Shown: positions 1-13,848 of the stretch, one piece after another
Position numbering within the stretch: position 1 is the first letter of the stretch
Layout of the letters: each line of letters starts with the position of its first letter
Assembly: GCF_018977255.1 (NCBI RefSeq)
Contig: NW_024704752.1
Coordinates: forward strand, 19,344,001-19,408,000
DNA length: 64,000 bases
From: Callorhinchus milii
Taxonomy: Eukaryota
Direction: 5' to 3'
Program-made: the position numbers and the translations under genes
The notes under the pieces: model-generated
Told to the model about the DNA's origin: nothing
The model's input: the letters and a program-made list of their open reading frames with translations, nothing else
The model's database searches: none

Positions 1-1552
1 TATTTATGGAGTGGTGTAGCCATTGAGCAAAAAAAATTCAGATTCTTATGGGGACCTATTAATAACTAATTGAACTACAGAAAGTGTATGCGATGTGTAT
101 AAAGTTTATTGTAGTCTCTGACACAGTATTTTATCAAAATATTAAATTAATAAGCCTAGGGATAGCTCCATATTCTGAATATGAATATTTCTAATGTATA
201 CGGATTGCTACTTGAATATTAAGTATGCATTATAAAACTGAGGACAAGGGAGAACCCTGATTCAATCCTCCCATTATCGTGTGCGAAAGAAAAGTGTGCT
301 CACCATTCACTATTATTGCCCTATTATTTAATGTTCACAGTCATTTCGATATTGTTCATTGTGAATACAGAATAGTTCTCTTCGGTTGTAAAAATCCACT
401 TTTTTCCTACAAAAAAAACAATTTTCTGTGAATTTATGGCATCGAGTGTTACTGCAGGAGGAATAGAGAAACCTGGAGAGAGTGTTCAGATCCCCCTTTC
501 ATACTGTGGTTTGCGACAAATCATTTCCTGCAGTACAGGGATTGGGAATAGGAAATCGGATTTAAAACACTTTCCCTGCTCCCCGTTGCCCTAACAAGGG
601 TCTGGGGAGCTCGGTTTGCATGTGCAGCCCCGTCAATATGCAAAAGCCTCTGTTATCTAAAGCACAACATTTATTGTTGAATCAGGTTTATCGTGCTCTG
701 GTCTGCCCAGGAGGTGTCAGGGGGCCTGATTTTACTGGATTTTTCAGAATTATTTTGCACCACCTAATCTTTTACTGCAGCAAAATCAAAGACTGAGACT
801 TCTTTGACGTGATTTCACAGGCAGGCGCCTACATACAGAATAGTCTGAGCTGGTTATTCTGTCACTTGTAGTCGTGATGCCTTTCTGGTTGGTTTAAGAA
901 GTACACATGGACGTGCAGTGTAACATAGATTTGCAAATTATTCAGAACTGAATAACCCCGGAGAAAGTTCTTTTGCGGTAAGATGGAGAGCAGATCAGTG
1001 AGGTTCATCAACTTGCATTGAAAACACTGGATGTTTATCAACACTTGAAGAGTTAAAGTTAAGATCTGACCTTAGTGGGGGGGTCACCAGCTGAATGGAT
1101 AAATCCAAAATACTTTGATATTCAATCATTGCCCATCAGGGGCTCTGTGAGTGATGGATTACATCCTTGAAAGATAAATGACATTTACAATAATAATATA
1201 TAGATTTAAATACTTCTTGACGTCTGCATTAGTTTATCTGCATTCTGTAGTGTGCTGGCGGATTTATCATGCACTGATTCCGGTCGTTACAAATGATTAC
1301 TCTGCATTTTACTATTTTTGACTGACCCCCAAACTGAAGTCCGAGTGGCGCTAATCTCCACACCTGTTACTGGTGACCAAGAGGTGCAAAGGAACAAAGA
1401 ATGTTTATTTCCCTTTGATCTATTTGTTCCACAGCCAATAGAGCTTCTGACGGATGTCCTTGTAAGGCTGCCATTTTAAATCCTGACCTGTATTTGTTGT
1501 ACAGTATATTTACGCTTCAATGCCGTGTTCAATGCATATTTTTCTGTCGTAG

Positions 1553-1664
1553 TAATAATAATCCTTGCATTTGACATTGCGCCTCATCACGTCTACAGGA
1601 TATCTCAAAGCCCTTCACAGAATATACTGTAAAGTGAACTGACTCTTTATTCTTGTGGGCAAAA
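1553..1664 (-). mobile_element. SINE-A 3' fragment
   Basis: Reverse complement of the recurrent tail CCCACAA..CAGTCAATTCACTTTACAGTATATTCTGTGAAGCGCTTTGAGAC..GGCGCTATATCAAATGCAAGGA(TTA)n. Confidence 0.85.
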
Positions 1665-2729
1665 TCAATACTTATCTTTTTTTTGCCAGACACAGAGATT
1701 GACATGTTCCTCATTAGACATGCTGGTGATATTGGCTGATCCCACTGTGTCTGGTGGGAAGTGTTGATCAGAATACTTGACGGTAGAGTAATAGCGAGGA
1801 ATAAGTTGACCTGAAATCTCAATAAAAGAGCAAAGTTGATGTTCTCGCTTACAAAGTTGCTGCTGATAATGGTTTTCCAGGCAATGCATTTATTGAAGGT
1901 CATTTGCCAGTTCTCCAGCCATGCGATGTGCTGTTCTGAGTCATCCTGAATAATAATTGTCTCTTTCACACGATTGGTTTTCACACGCAGCTTTTGTGTC
2001 ATTCGCAAACCTGGTGATTACCTTTCTGTTCTTCAAGGTCACCGGTGAAGATGAGAGAGAGTGCACAGTTCCTCGAGCAGATTAATCGCCATGGGTGTCC
2101 CATACTCACTCTCAGAAATTGAAACATTTTATATGGCTTGGTTTATTGGTGCTAAAAACCTTCGTGCTTTCGTTTGGACCAGCCGAGGTGACACCCCACT
2201 ATGTACAGGGTAAACATGTCATGCTGAACCACGTGCATACTGTGGAAGGGGAACATTTCTGTTTTCAAAAAGAAAAATCTGGGAAGTTTTTTGAACTCTT
2301 GTTGTTGGTACAGTGAAGGGTTTGGGCAATCAGTCAGTCCCTGCTGTTGTTTGAGGAAGGAGGCATTTCTGGGACAAATATTTAATAAATCTTGTTTTAT
2401 TTGTGGGCTGGAGGTTTCAGAAGAGGTTCATTTCGGTCTCTGTTGTACCTACTGTGGGTATATATATTTTTTAAGATCTATTGATTTGTTTGTTACAACA
2501 TGCCCTTAAAAGTACCAGTGGGTATTTTGTGCATTATTTTCTCTCTGGGTTTTATTACAACACATTTTTTTTATAATCCTAAAAAGATTACTTATCTGTC
2601 TAATTTGTGATATCAGCCCCGTGCAACATGTTCTTATCTTGACTCTTACAAAGGATCTTGTTGAATTGCTTGTATAAAGATAAATATACTGTACAGTATC
2701 AAGTGACTTTCCCCATCTCTACAGCAGCT

Positions 2730-2975
2730 ACATACTTAAAGAATCCAATAGGTTAGTTACACATGAGCTGGCTTTGCTAAGCCTCACCAATTCTATTTAT
2801 CATCTTCAACATTTTTTTAAATTCTCCAGAATTGCATGCCGTAAGGTAATTTCCATTAATCTTTTTTTCCGCCCCCTTATTGAAAACTAACTACCTTGCA
2901 GGTCAAAAGATCATGTTTCTGCTCTGTTTTGAAGGGGAGAGGTATCCTATTAAATACTTCAGACCTCTGGCTATC
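2730..2975 (-). mobile_element. Old CR1 LINE RT-region fragment
   Basis: Degenerate resemblance to the CR1 QHGF..SC.TNL..F region, similar to the 61.9-kb fragment; many lesions. Confidence 0.35.
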
Positions 2976-3332
2976 TCGCTACTAGCTAAACAGAAATGAA
3001 GCATTATTGTCAGCCTTCCACTGCCTCCTCTTTAACATCTTTTTATATTTAATGCACATCATTTGAGTCTGATGATCTATTGACTTGCCGAGTGCAGCAA
3101 GAATCCTAATTACCATTTTACTGCTTGCTTGGACTTGAAAGTGTTCAGCTTGGTTGCCTTTTAAAGAAACTATAGCAACCCATTTATATAATAAAACCTC
3201 TGCTACGACCGAGTCATTTGCAGCTACCTTTTTTCTGTTCAAAGCATCCTCGGAGATGCTCAATATGATTTTATTCCCAAATTCCTACATGACGTTTGGT
3301 TTCCTTCCGTATATTTTGATATTTTTAAGAGG

Positions 3333-3676
3333 AATAATAATCCTTGCATTTGATAAAGTGCCTCATCATGTTATCAAAACTTCTCAAGGCACATTGCTGA
3401 ATTCTGTTGTGAAGTTTAGGCTCTGTGAGGTGAACTCGGCAGCCAATTTGCACACAGCAAAGTCTCACCAATAGCCGTGAAGGGAAACTGGGAGCTAATC
3501 CCTTCTCTTTCTCCCCCCCCTCCCCACTTCCAAATCCCACCGAAGGACCTTACTTTTTGATCGTGCCGCTTCCCTCTCCCACAGGCAGACCAAACCTCGG
3601 TTTAATGTCTCATTGGAAGGACAGCAGCGTTTGTCCCGGCACAGCATTGGATTGTCAGACTAAACTAGGGGCTCGA
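3333..3676 (-). mobile_element. Deu-domain SINE (AmnSINE1/SacSINE1-like) with an embedded L2 piece (about 3500-3580, +)
   Basis: CAGACCAAACCTCGGTTTAATGTCTCATTGGAAGGACAGC..CATTGGATTGTCAGACTA Deu-like block, GGCAGCCAATTTGCACACAGC, and (TTA)n tail. Confidence 0.7.
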
Positions 3677-4064
3677 CATCAGCCAATATGACAGATCTCA
3701 GGGCAGGGGAGGAGAAGACAATCTTTCATAAATAAATTATTTGGGACCTGCAGCAGGATTTTGTGTGATCGGAAATTTAGTGAACTTGACAAGACATAAG
3801 AAGTTGTGCAGTTTTTTTTGTATGCCTTGTCGCCTGCAGCCAGATTAACCAGACTGATAGAAATTGTAACTTTTAACAACATTTGATAAAAGCTTGATTG
3901 AACAAATAAGTGTTGTACTGAGCTCCACTGAATCCCATTGTCGTTCGGAAGGAAGCCTTATGTCTGTCTTTCAATGGACTGATTTTTAATGTTACTAAAG
4001 AGCTGGTCGTTTGAAGTGGTTCAATGATAACAATTAGCAAACGCTGATTTGGGAGGTCAATAAT

Positions 4065-4400
4065 AGTAGTTATTTAATACAATGCTTTCACATCAGAGGA
4101 CATCTCTTACTGCTTCACTGGAGCCACATTAAAGTCAAGTGATTATATTTTTGAGGGCGAATGCAGTGGCCAATTAGTGCAGAGCAATGTCCCACAAACA
4201 GCCGTAAAGTGATGACCAATTTTATTTGGGGTGGGGGGGTGGTGGGGGGTTGGTTTGCTGGCTAAAACACATGGAGAAACTCTCTTCTCTTATGGCATCC
4301 CTAAAGTCCACTTGAAAATCCAGATAGGACCCTGGTTTTTCGTCTTATCTATAAAGCCTCTGGCTTCGCAGTGAGTGCGTTACCATACGAGCCAGACTGA
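4065..4400 (-). mobile_element. Deu-domain SINE, degraded
   Basis: GGCCAATTAGTGCAGAGCAATGTCCCACAAACAGC, GGAGAAACTCTCTTCTC, CAGATAGGACCCTGGTTT blocks and a tRNA-like head near 4375-4400. Confidence 0.6.
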
Positions 4401-6028
4401 TACAGGGTTTGATATTTGTTACAGTCTCAAATGAATATAAAGTGGAGTGGACAGTATACACTGAGCTTCCTGCACCCCAGCCTTATGAGGCTGAGAGTGA
4501 AGCAAGCTTTGTTGCCAGCAGCATAAACTCACCTCGTTCTGTATTATATCAGCTCTGTGGTTACCCTGCCAGATGACATTTATTCCATGATCAAATTGTA
4601 TTATTTTTGCCAAGCAAGGTAATTGCATATCTACGACTCACATGCAATTAAGTATTCAGAAGTTTGCTCCCCCCAGTGAACCAACACAATCTATTGGACA
4701 AATTGCTTCTAAAGGCTCTGAATTGTCCCCTAAGCATGGTGCAGATGAAGATTCAAGTAACCTTTGCTGTTACCACATCGATGGTGTTGCTTCACTGTAA
4801 TAGAAATGAGTGCTTCCAGTATTTTTTTTCACAACGCAAGTCTATTAGGAACGTTTGTGAGGTGGAATGTGTCATGTTAAGGTGTTCATGTTCCTGAGGC
4901 TCTTCTCTAATGCCTCTCTTGTGATGTGAAGATTGGGAGGTTGTGTTTTTTGTGTTTTCTGTTCTTATTTTCAATCTCTCCCTTGATAAATAGGTATTTC
5001 TAGTTTGCAAGTAAGAGATTCATAAGCATATCTTGTTAGGAACCGGAGGCACAATTGAGATTTCAGATGTTAATACGGTACTGTTTATAGTATTGTTTTG
5101 AACATGTTTTATCATCATTATTATTATTATAATGTGTTTTAAGAGAGCAATTGTGCCACAGTTCAATTCACATCAAGGTGATGATTGTCACTGTGGAGGA
5201 ATAACAATTGTTGTTGGTTTGTACCAACATTGGTTGAGCCACAAACTCGGAAGACTAACATTATTACATCAGAGATTAGTGCTTTACAGTCCACTATTCC
5301 ACTGATTTTTTTTTGCAGCAGAGTCGAACAGACAGGGAACTAGGTCAAACCTGCTCAGTGGCTTCAAGCAGAGCAGAACCTTTCATCTTGATATGAATTC
5401 ATACCCAGCCTCTGAGATAAGAGAACGAGCTGCGTAGCTACTCTCTATGCTAAACTGCTAATGAATTAGTCTGTTCACAATGACCAATCACTACAAAACA
5501 TTTTACCTGGCACATTACATGTGTTCAGGAAGTATTTGGGATTATGTCTGACATAAAATCACAGCGTGGTGCAATGTAGGACCTAACCGAGCACCACTTA
5601 CGCTCATTTTTCTGCACATGTCAGAATTAATTTTTCTTAATCTTGGAGCCAGAGATTGGGTTGGATTCAGATCGTGTTAAGGTGTATGATTTCTTTTGAA
5701 TGTACGTAAGATATTTCCAGGTTTGAGCAAATTGTTGCATGCGCGACAACTAGTCTGCACCTGTAAACCAACCTGGACAGATGCTCTCAGGCTATGTGTC
5801 ATGGTGCTGTACATCTGGTGCTTTCTTATCTGTGGGCCACCGAGGAAACTTAATCGACTCATTAAAAAGCACTCATAAAATAAATGGAGTAGAGCAGTGT
5901 CAAGTGATGGTTGCTCCTTTCTTTAACTTGGCTCTTATTAGACAACATCAGAGCTCTAAACGAATTGTTGCGCAATGCTCGTTAATTATGCCAACCTTTC
6001 CATTGAAACACTAAGGCTGTGGAAGCGT

Positions 6029-6283
6029 ATAATTCTTGCATTTGACATAGCGCCTCATCACGTCTTCGAGCTGTCTCAAAGCGCTAAACGGAATATACTG
6101 TAAAGTGAATCGACTGTATATTTTGTGGGCGAAACATGGCAGCCAATTGTGCACAGCGGCGTCCCACAAGCAGCCGTGGGTTGAGTGACCAAATTATACT
6201 TATATCTTAAAATGTGTTTTTATTTTGAAGGGGTTATTACCCCTGGACAAGCGATCCGCCAATCGACCAACAACTGGGTTCCT
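6029..6283 (-). mobile_element. SINE-A (5'-truncated) with unusual 3' extension
   Basis: Tail, central GCTGTGCRCAATTGGCTGCC block and GATTGGCGGATCGCTT..GGGGTAATAA block. Confidence 0.88.
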
Positions 6284-6719
6284 GATCGAATTATTATACA
6301 AATTTTTAAGGGAGGCGGTCTTATCATTCCTGTGTGTTTTAAAATAGAAAAAGATGAATTATTGTGTTCAAGTTCACCGTGTGCATTTGTGTGAACGTGT
6401 TTCTGACTGTGTTACAGTTAACAGCAAACACGTTACTTGTGACCCAACTGTTACTGAAATCCGTGCAGAGTGAGCATTTACCTCATCAACTTTGAATGGA
6501 TGAGATTTGATTTGATGCAAGTCAAGAAGCATTGTAATAACAATTGAAAGTATTTCATTTAAATTGCACAGGAAATTGATTCGCAGCAATTATCATTGAC
6601 AAATATTGTAAATACAAATAGCACGTAAAAAACTGTTATCATCCTCCCTGGATTTATTGCTTTGCTTTGTGAAATCAAGAACATGTCACAAACACCAGTT
6701 AGAGTTTCCAAAGTTGCAA

Positions 6720-6965
6720 CTGTAGTTCAATGGTTAGAGCACTCGCCTCACAAGTGAGAGGACCAGGGTGCGATTCCTGGATAGGATGAAATCTTAGGCA
6801 AGTTCCCTTACTCCTCACGTCTCTGTTTACCCAGCAGTAAGTTGGAACCCGGTTGTTAGTCGATTGGCAGATCGCTTTTCCAGGGGTAATAATTCCTTTA
6901 AAAAAAAAGCCTCGAAGATTGGATGAGGCGCTGTATCGAATACGAGGATTATTATTATTAATAAC
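6720..6965 (+). mobile_element. SINE-A, internally deleted (tRNA head + CORE-like + tail)
   Basis: TGTAGTTCAATGGTTAGAGCACTCGCCTCACAAGTGAGAGGACCAGGGTGCGATTCC head with A/B boxes, CTTAGGCAAGTTCCCTTACTCC CORE-like block, (TTA)n end. Confidence 0.85.
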
Positions 6966-9900
6966 AGAGATAGATTGGTGGACTTGTGTACTGTGTTATG
7001 AAGTTGTATAGCGATGGTTGACCTTCTAGGTTTCCTGTGGGAGGTACTTTCCAACAGACAGGAAGGGAAGATAGAGTGAGCTCTAACAACATTTGTGTCA
7101 GCATCCCAACCTCTTAGTAGCAAGTTACACTTGGCAAAGCAAGTGACCTTCTCACTCTCTTGAATGGAGAAATGTGCATTGCTTTGGGGGAGGAAAATAT
7201 GTTCAGTAAAAGAACTTGCAGAGATAGAGGGAGAGAGGGTGAGTAATAGTGCCATAAGGAGATGTTCTGAATCTCTGGAACTCCCTGCCTCAGTTTACCA
7301 GTTTTGCCCTCTCTTTGCCCATCTTCAACTCACAGCTGAAGATTTCACTCTTTGTCTGTGCCTTCGGTCACCTCACCTCCCACCCCCCTTTCCGGCTTGG
7401 CATCAAACTGTGATGCTGTTAAGAGCCCAGACGCGACCTGTGTGAAGGGCTCCCGTTATTTTCAAGTCGCCAGTTCCACCTCGTGAAGCATTTCTGTAGA
7501 TACAAAAATAAATCCCCATCAGTAGTAAGTATCTGAAGCCCCAGCCTGGGAGTTGGGATTTGGGGACTTCACCGCTCCAAAGATCATATAAGATTGGCAT
7601 TGGTTTTGAGCTACAAAATAAGGTTTTGCACTTGCCATCACCAAACCCACCTGAAAATGCCTGACTGAGACAGGTTTGGAGAGAATTGCATTCCAGCATC
7701 TGGGTTGCCTTCTTTCATTGCTGGTGCCATGATGTTGTGCATCTCAATGGGTTTGGTTTGAATGGAATTTGGTTCATGTGATCTTTGGCTCAGAGTCACA
7801 CACGCGCGCACACACACGTGGAAATATCATTGAACTGCACGTAACAAAACCAGGCACAAAAGCCCTGCAAACCAACACACTTCATTCCAAAAGTCATCGG
7901 ATGTTTCCTTATAACAGAGAAACAAATAGAAATGTTGTATTGGTTTGACATGCAAGTTTTGCTGCACATTTGTGTAATATATCGGGCCAATTGTTTCATT
8001 GTTTAGGTGTGTACTAAGTGAAATAAGGAAATAGAGTAATGTTGCTTTAGGTTGCAGACAGGATTTCCCCACTGAAATGAAATGGTGCAGATCATGTGCA
8101 GCTTTAAAGTGATTCCTAGTAAAGGTATCAACCATGGTTACGCACTCTCTAGTCAAATATAGCTTAATCAATCTTGCTTCTTGTGTGTTGCAATTATTTT
8201 ATAAAATATTCATTTTCTGCCCTATAATCATGGTGCCAGGTGGTGCAGAGGGTTTAAAGTGCTTATTGCTTCACGTTTGGCACATGGTTTTGGCTCATAG
8301 CCAGGCTAATGATACAGATGTCTTCCATCACTCCTGGCTGTGGTTGTTGCTGTGTTGAATTGGGGATAAATTGAATTACCCTACTCAAAACTGTCCTAAA
8401 CAGGTCAACAAATGGGTCATCTCGCTCAAACACCGGCAGTCTTGAGAAATGAAACATCCACTATTGAGCCATAGGAGATATGATTTTGAAACATTATCAG
8501 GGGCATGAGAAATAGCTTCTCTCTCCACCTAATAGCAATGTCGCTGATATGTAATTATTTTATTGCCGGCACCGGGTGTTGGAAATGCCAATTGCTCATT
8601 TTAACATTTGTGGATGCAGTTGTTCGTAGAAGATAAGTGGTGGCAGATAATAAGTGCTCTACATACAATTTACCAATAATTCTCTGGCAATTTCTTGATA
8701 AATGGACAGTTATTATCACAAAATCACAAGAGCAGCTTGGGTGAAAAAATCTCATTGGCCACCTCTCTCACTTCATCCATCCAGGTGTCAAGCCTATTGT
8801 CTTTCCATTAAGAGTATTGAGCTGTTTCTTAAACGAGGCCCAACGTTCGGCTCTCTGCTCGTTCCTGATTATTCTCTGTGTCGTGAAATGCTTCTATCAC
8901 CAACTGTTCTCTTGCATGAAAATTGTCACATCAAGGACACGGAGTGTATTGGATCTCTCCTGACAGCTCCTGGTAACACAAAGACAGACCAACCGTAGAA
9001 AGAAATGAAATAGTGTAGTTTAATCTCTACATTCAGATGACAATTGCACAACCTTTGTTCTTGCAATTTATGTCTACCTCTGAACCATTTGTTCTAGACT
9101 TTTGCCTTATAATCATTCTCTGTGTATTCATCAATGTCTTGATTTGCATTACATTTGCAAACGTTTGTCGCTGATGTGGGTCGTTTTGTAAAGCCCTTTG
9201 ATTGAAACAGCATCATTAAAGTAGTGTTGGCAATATCTGACATTGCTATGAACTACATGAATACTTCACACGATATGCAGGAGGTTGCTGGAAACCTAGT
9301 TCTGTTCTTTGATTACCCTCCACGTACCAAAGGACAGGGGTAAAATGCACATCTGGGAAATGAAAGTAAGTGGGAGTCACATCATCTTTTCTCACTGTGC
9401 TTCATATAGTCATAACTTTATGACCTGCTGCCAGCCTTAGTCACAACATAGAGAGATTGTTTCATAAATCTGAGAGATGTGTAAGCAATTAATCATTATC
9501 TTAGTTTTCATCCCATTAACTAATTTGAAACTACGTGTAATGCTAAAACAGAATGTTTCAGTTATGTCTCAACAAACTAACTTAACGACTTGTGATATTT
9601 GTCAAAGCATTTTAGATAAAACAAAGAGAAGCATAAATTCGACCCTTATGTGGCTATGGTTGTTCTTTGTCATCTAAGGCTGGCAGATATTTCTTAACAC
9701 AGAACAGAAATTGAATGCTGTCTTGTGAAGCACAGTTAAATTGTCTGAAATAGGCTTCTTTACCAGTGGAGAAATTCATGACAATGAATTAAAACCTGAT
9801 GCCTGAACAAAACCTTCTTGAATCTGATGCATAAAGCAAGAGGATGCTGAGAGTTAATTTGAATCTTGATGCATCAACCACCAGAGCTGAATATACTACA

Positions 9901-10626
9901 GTGGGAATGAACTGCTTTCATTTGAAATGAGTTTTGCCACGGTTTAGTTGACTCACTCAGTGTCAGAGTTTCTATGTCATCTGTTAGTGGAAGATGCCAG
10001 CAGCATCTGAGGGGTGTGTATTACCGAGTGCTGCATTTGCTCATTAATAAATAAAACACACCTTGTAATAAGAGGCAGCTTACAATCCTTGTTTGTTCTG
10101 CCAAAATTTTGCTAAGCAAGATGGATGCAGGCTGGTGTTAAGAATTCTGTTTTGAAATGCTCATAATTAACGGCTCTGGTATACAGGGTTTGCATTATTT
10201 ATGCCCTGTAAGGATGCACAGAGGCAATATAGCCTTGGAAGGAGAGAAGGCAAGAAAGAGTAATTGCCATAGACTCATAAAGTACCCAATTGCGTGGGTT
10301 GCCATGGCTATACAGGATCGTTTTCCCCAAGAAGGAGAGGTGGATTGTTCGGTGATGGGGGTTTGGGGGGGAATAAAAGGGGGAATTTTAAAACATCTGA
10401 TCAGGAGGCCTATACTCTTATCAAAGAGCTGGTTTTGTTACATTGAGTTCAGTTCATTCTGAGATACTAAACCTTTGTTGATGGCAACTGCACATTGGAC
10501 AGTACTTTTGTGTGGGTAGGAACCACTTTCAGCTGCAGAAAAAGATGCAGAAATGCTCATATGTGAAATAATTAGAAAGAGAATCACACACACTTCTGTC
10601 TCACTCCCCCACCCCCACCAACAAAC

Positions 10627-10668
10627 CACACTCACACAGACACACACACAGACACACACACAGACACA
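10627..10668. repeat. (CA)n/(CAGACACACACA)n microsatellite
   Basis: Seen directly. Confidence 0.9.
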
Positions 10669-11242
10669 AAAAAACTGCTTCAGCCTCGCAAGGGAACACA
10701 TCAAAGGTCCAATGTGTTCAGCGTAACCATCGGCAAATGTCATTATTCTTTACTCTCATTTGAACAGCGTCATTGAGCCAAATGGACACCACTGGATTTG
10801 TTATGGTAGTGGAAAGTCTCAAGATCCTCCCACCAGGTATCCATTGAAGTCTTCCTCCCTGGTCTGCCTTATTAGAGAGAGCACTTTATTGAATAAAGTT
10901 GAGGACATATTAATGATGCATCAAAGTCAATTTCCTTTTGACAAACAAAGTAAATTTTAGAGGGTTTAGGTACATGACACATTAGGATTCCGTGATTTTT
11001 GTATAAAATGAAACACAAAAAAGGGCTGCCCTGAGGAGATATTAAAGCAATGCATCAAGACTTTGATTTGAAAATCAGTTCAAAAGAAAAAACAGACATC
11101 AGCGGTTAGAATAATAATAACCAAAATGGCCCAAAGCGTTTTACGAACAAAACGATTAGAAACTACGTGGTTTTTGTTATTACAGGCGAGTGGAGCAGTC
11201 CATCTGCACCAGTGAAGTCCTACAAACCAGAATGTGATGAAT

Positions 11243-11355
11243 ATAATAATAATAATAATCCTGGTATGTGAGATAGCATCTCATCATGTCTTCGCCACGT
11301 CTCAAAGTGCTTTACAGTATACAGTGTGAAGTGAATTGACTGTTTATTTTCTGCG
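11243..11355 (-). mobile_element. SINE-A 3' fragment
   Basis: (AAT)n tail plus reverse-complement tail consensus. Confidence 0.8.
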
Positions 11356-11909
11356 TGAATAGCCAAAGAGGAGGAATAAACAAGGAGGAAAAACTCCTAT
11401 TTCTTTCAAGTGAGACCGTGGCGAGCAGATGGGTGTGCATTCAATGTGAATAAAGTGCAAATAATATCACTCATGAAATTTGATGGTGACATTTGATACT
11501 TCCAATCCCCATACCATTTTGTTTTACTCTGCCAAATATACTGAAGCAAGTCTACAGGAGACCTAACAGGGTCTAAATCTTCTCCAGAGCAGCATTGGCA
11601 ATTTTGTTTACTGTTACTGCTTAAGGAAACGTATTTGACATTTATTTTTCGTCACTTTGAAAAGACATCAATTTACCAATGGGAGGCTTGTGGACCGTAA
11701 AAAGAGATTATTGCTTCCACAGTGGAAACCTCGGTCACATTTATTGAATCCGGGTACAACAACAACAATTTGCACTTATAGATTGCCCTCCACGCGGGGT
11801 AGTGTCTCAGAGGGAAAGATTAACTTCTTAACCCTGGCTAGGGACAAGAAAACTGTGAATATTGAGACAAAACTACACACTGTCCATATTACAGTGTACT
11901 CTCGTAGAA

Positions 11910-12094
11910 ATACTTCAAAAAAAATAATAATTTAGTCACTCAATCCACGACTGTTTGTGGGACGCTGCTGTGCGCAATTGGCTGCCGCGTTTCGCCCACA
12001 AATATACAGTCAATTCACTTTACGGTATATTCTGTGAAGCACTTTGAAACGACTTGAAGACATGAAAAGGCGCTGTATCAGATGCAAGGATTAT
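11910..12094 (+). mobile_element. SINE-A 3' half with the same 3' extension as the 6.0-kb copy
   Basis: GTCACTCAATCCACGACTGTTTGTGGGACGCTGCTGTGCGCAATTGGCTGCCGCGTTTCGCCCACA..AGGCGCTGTATCAGATGCAAGGATTAT. Confidence 0.9.
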
Positions 12095-12924
12095 AAGCTT
12101 CCACAGCCTTAGTATTTCGATGGGAAGGCCGCAAGCTAACAGCTCCCGTCAGCTGTACAAGCAGCAAAATGTCATCAGTGCCGGTGCATTTCATTATGCT
12201 CCGAGACGCCAGTAATTTTTATCTTGACTTTGCCCAACATCAGGAATGGTGAGTGATGGCAGATACCTTGCTCTGTACATAGTGACGTTTGCTGCAGAAT
12301 TTTTGCTGTAAATGAGAGCGGGAGTTTTCTTTTAATGATTGAATAATTTATATATTTATATATTACATATTTACTATTTATAACGTGGGTGTTCAAACTG
12401 AACGATAGGAGCCTCAACATAAGTCATCAGCACAATATTCGAAATGAATTCATTGTACCTGAAACGCACTGATTTAGAATCCCCAGTAAAATGTTCATTT
12501 AGTTTTTACCCTGTGCGGTTTATAACCAGCTAAATTCAAACACAAATTTAAAGCGAATGGCAAAAATTATATAGTGCCAAGTTTAATTTGTATCATTATT
12601 ATTATTATAATTATTATGTTTTGGGACATCCTCTCAATAGGAAAGACAATCGTATAAATGCAAATCGCATTATATATTTTGTATTAATTTTGAATGATTG
12701 CTTTCTCTACAACGACATTGTGACGTATCTGCTGGAATGGAGGAGACTATTCACTGCAGTGCGTCATTTGAGGTCGGTGACCTCTTAAAACGATGCTATT
12801 CGCCATCCCTTGAGGACAATATTTCTAAGGTCCAGTTTGGACATGTTTATGGCATTGCACAACTAACCAGAAAGACTGACTAACCGCATTGCCTGATAAG
12901 TTACTACCTTTAATTTTTCTTCAC

Positions 12925-13022
12925 TTAAGAACATAAGAATTACTGGACGAAAGAAAACCAAGGTCCTTCCAGTTCACCTTCTACCCTCCTGGAAGTCGCT
13001 TGCACATGTCACGTCCCAAACG
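12925..13022 (-). mobile_element. CR1 LINE 3' UTR fragment
   Basis: Reverse-complement homology to 19327-19424; TTCTTATGTTCTT-type tail. Confidence 0.7.
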
Positions 13023-13848
13023 CAACCCATAAAGTTCTGCGGCTCCATATATAAAAAAAGTTAAAACAAAAATGTTTTCCTCTGCCCACTCTCTTGCAGT
13101 GCTTTGCAGGCTGTAATATGGCTCACTTATTTTTTTCTGCTTCTTCTTTTAAGTGGCAGCCTCATAATTTGAGTTTAAGTGAGTGTCTAAGTGGCGAGCT
13201 CAGGGGATTTTTATTCCCCCTAAAGCAGATACTGGAACATATTAAAATTGTCCTGTCAACCGCTAATTTCAAGTAACCTACTGTATTTGTCCTGGAAAAC
13301 AACCTTTCTGTCGTTGAAACCTTTGCTGAAAGGACGTGTCACTACTCATCATGGGTGAAGTCTCAGTATTTACAAACTTAATAATTAAAATGTTAACCAA
13401 AGCCTTGGTTGAATTAATAAGGAATCATTGTACTTTAATGTGGAACTTGTGTATGGGGTGGAGGTGAAATTGGAGGCAGTTCGAACATTTATAATATTTC
13501 ATATTTGCGGGAAGCATACAGCTTGGCAAAGAATTACCAACAATTGAAATTGCAGTTTACGCAATTTAGCTATTCCGTGGTCAGAATGACCTTTTTTTGT
13601 ATCCTAACTGGAGCTGAAGAAAGAATGAGTCCTTTTATGAATCAACTTCGTGGGCTTTTGCTCAGAATATCTTTTTTTTAAAATGGGAGAAAAAAATAGG
13701 GAAATGATTCCTGAGTGTAACCAGTGCAGGTGCACACAGCATTTCCCCCTAAAAAAGAAGGGGAACGTAATGGCTATAGACTCGTTACCATGGACAATCC
13801 TGCCGTCTTGGATTGCATTTGTGTTTGCATTTCACTTTGCTCTTCAGC

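Noticed and set aside
13683-13729. ATG GGA GAA.. (MGEKN) resembling recalled human NAALADL2 exon 1 (MGENE..)
   Set aside because: Ends at a weak donor (AG|GTGCAC) in phase 2, incompatible with the phase 1 acceptor at 25155; similarity is only three codons.
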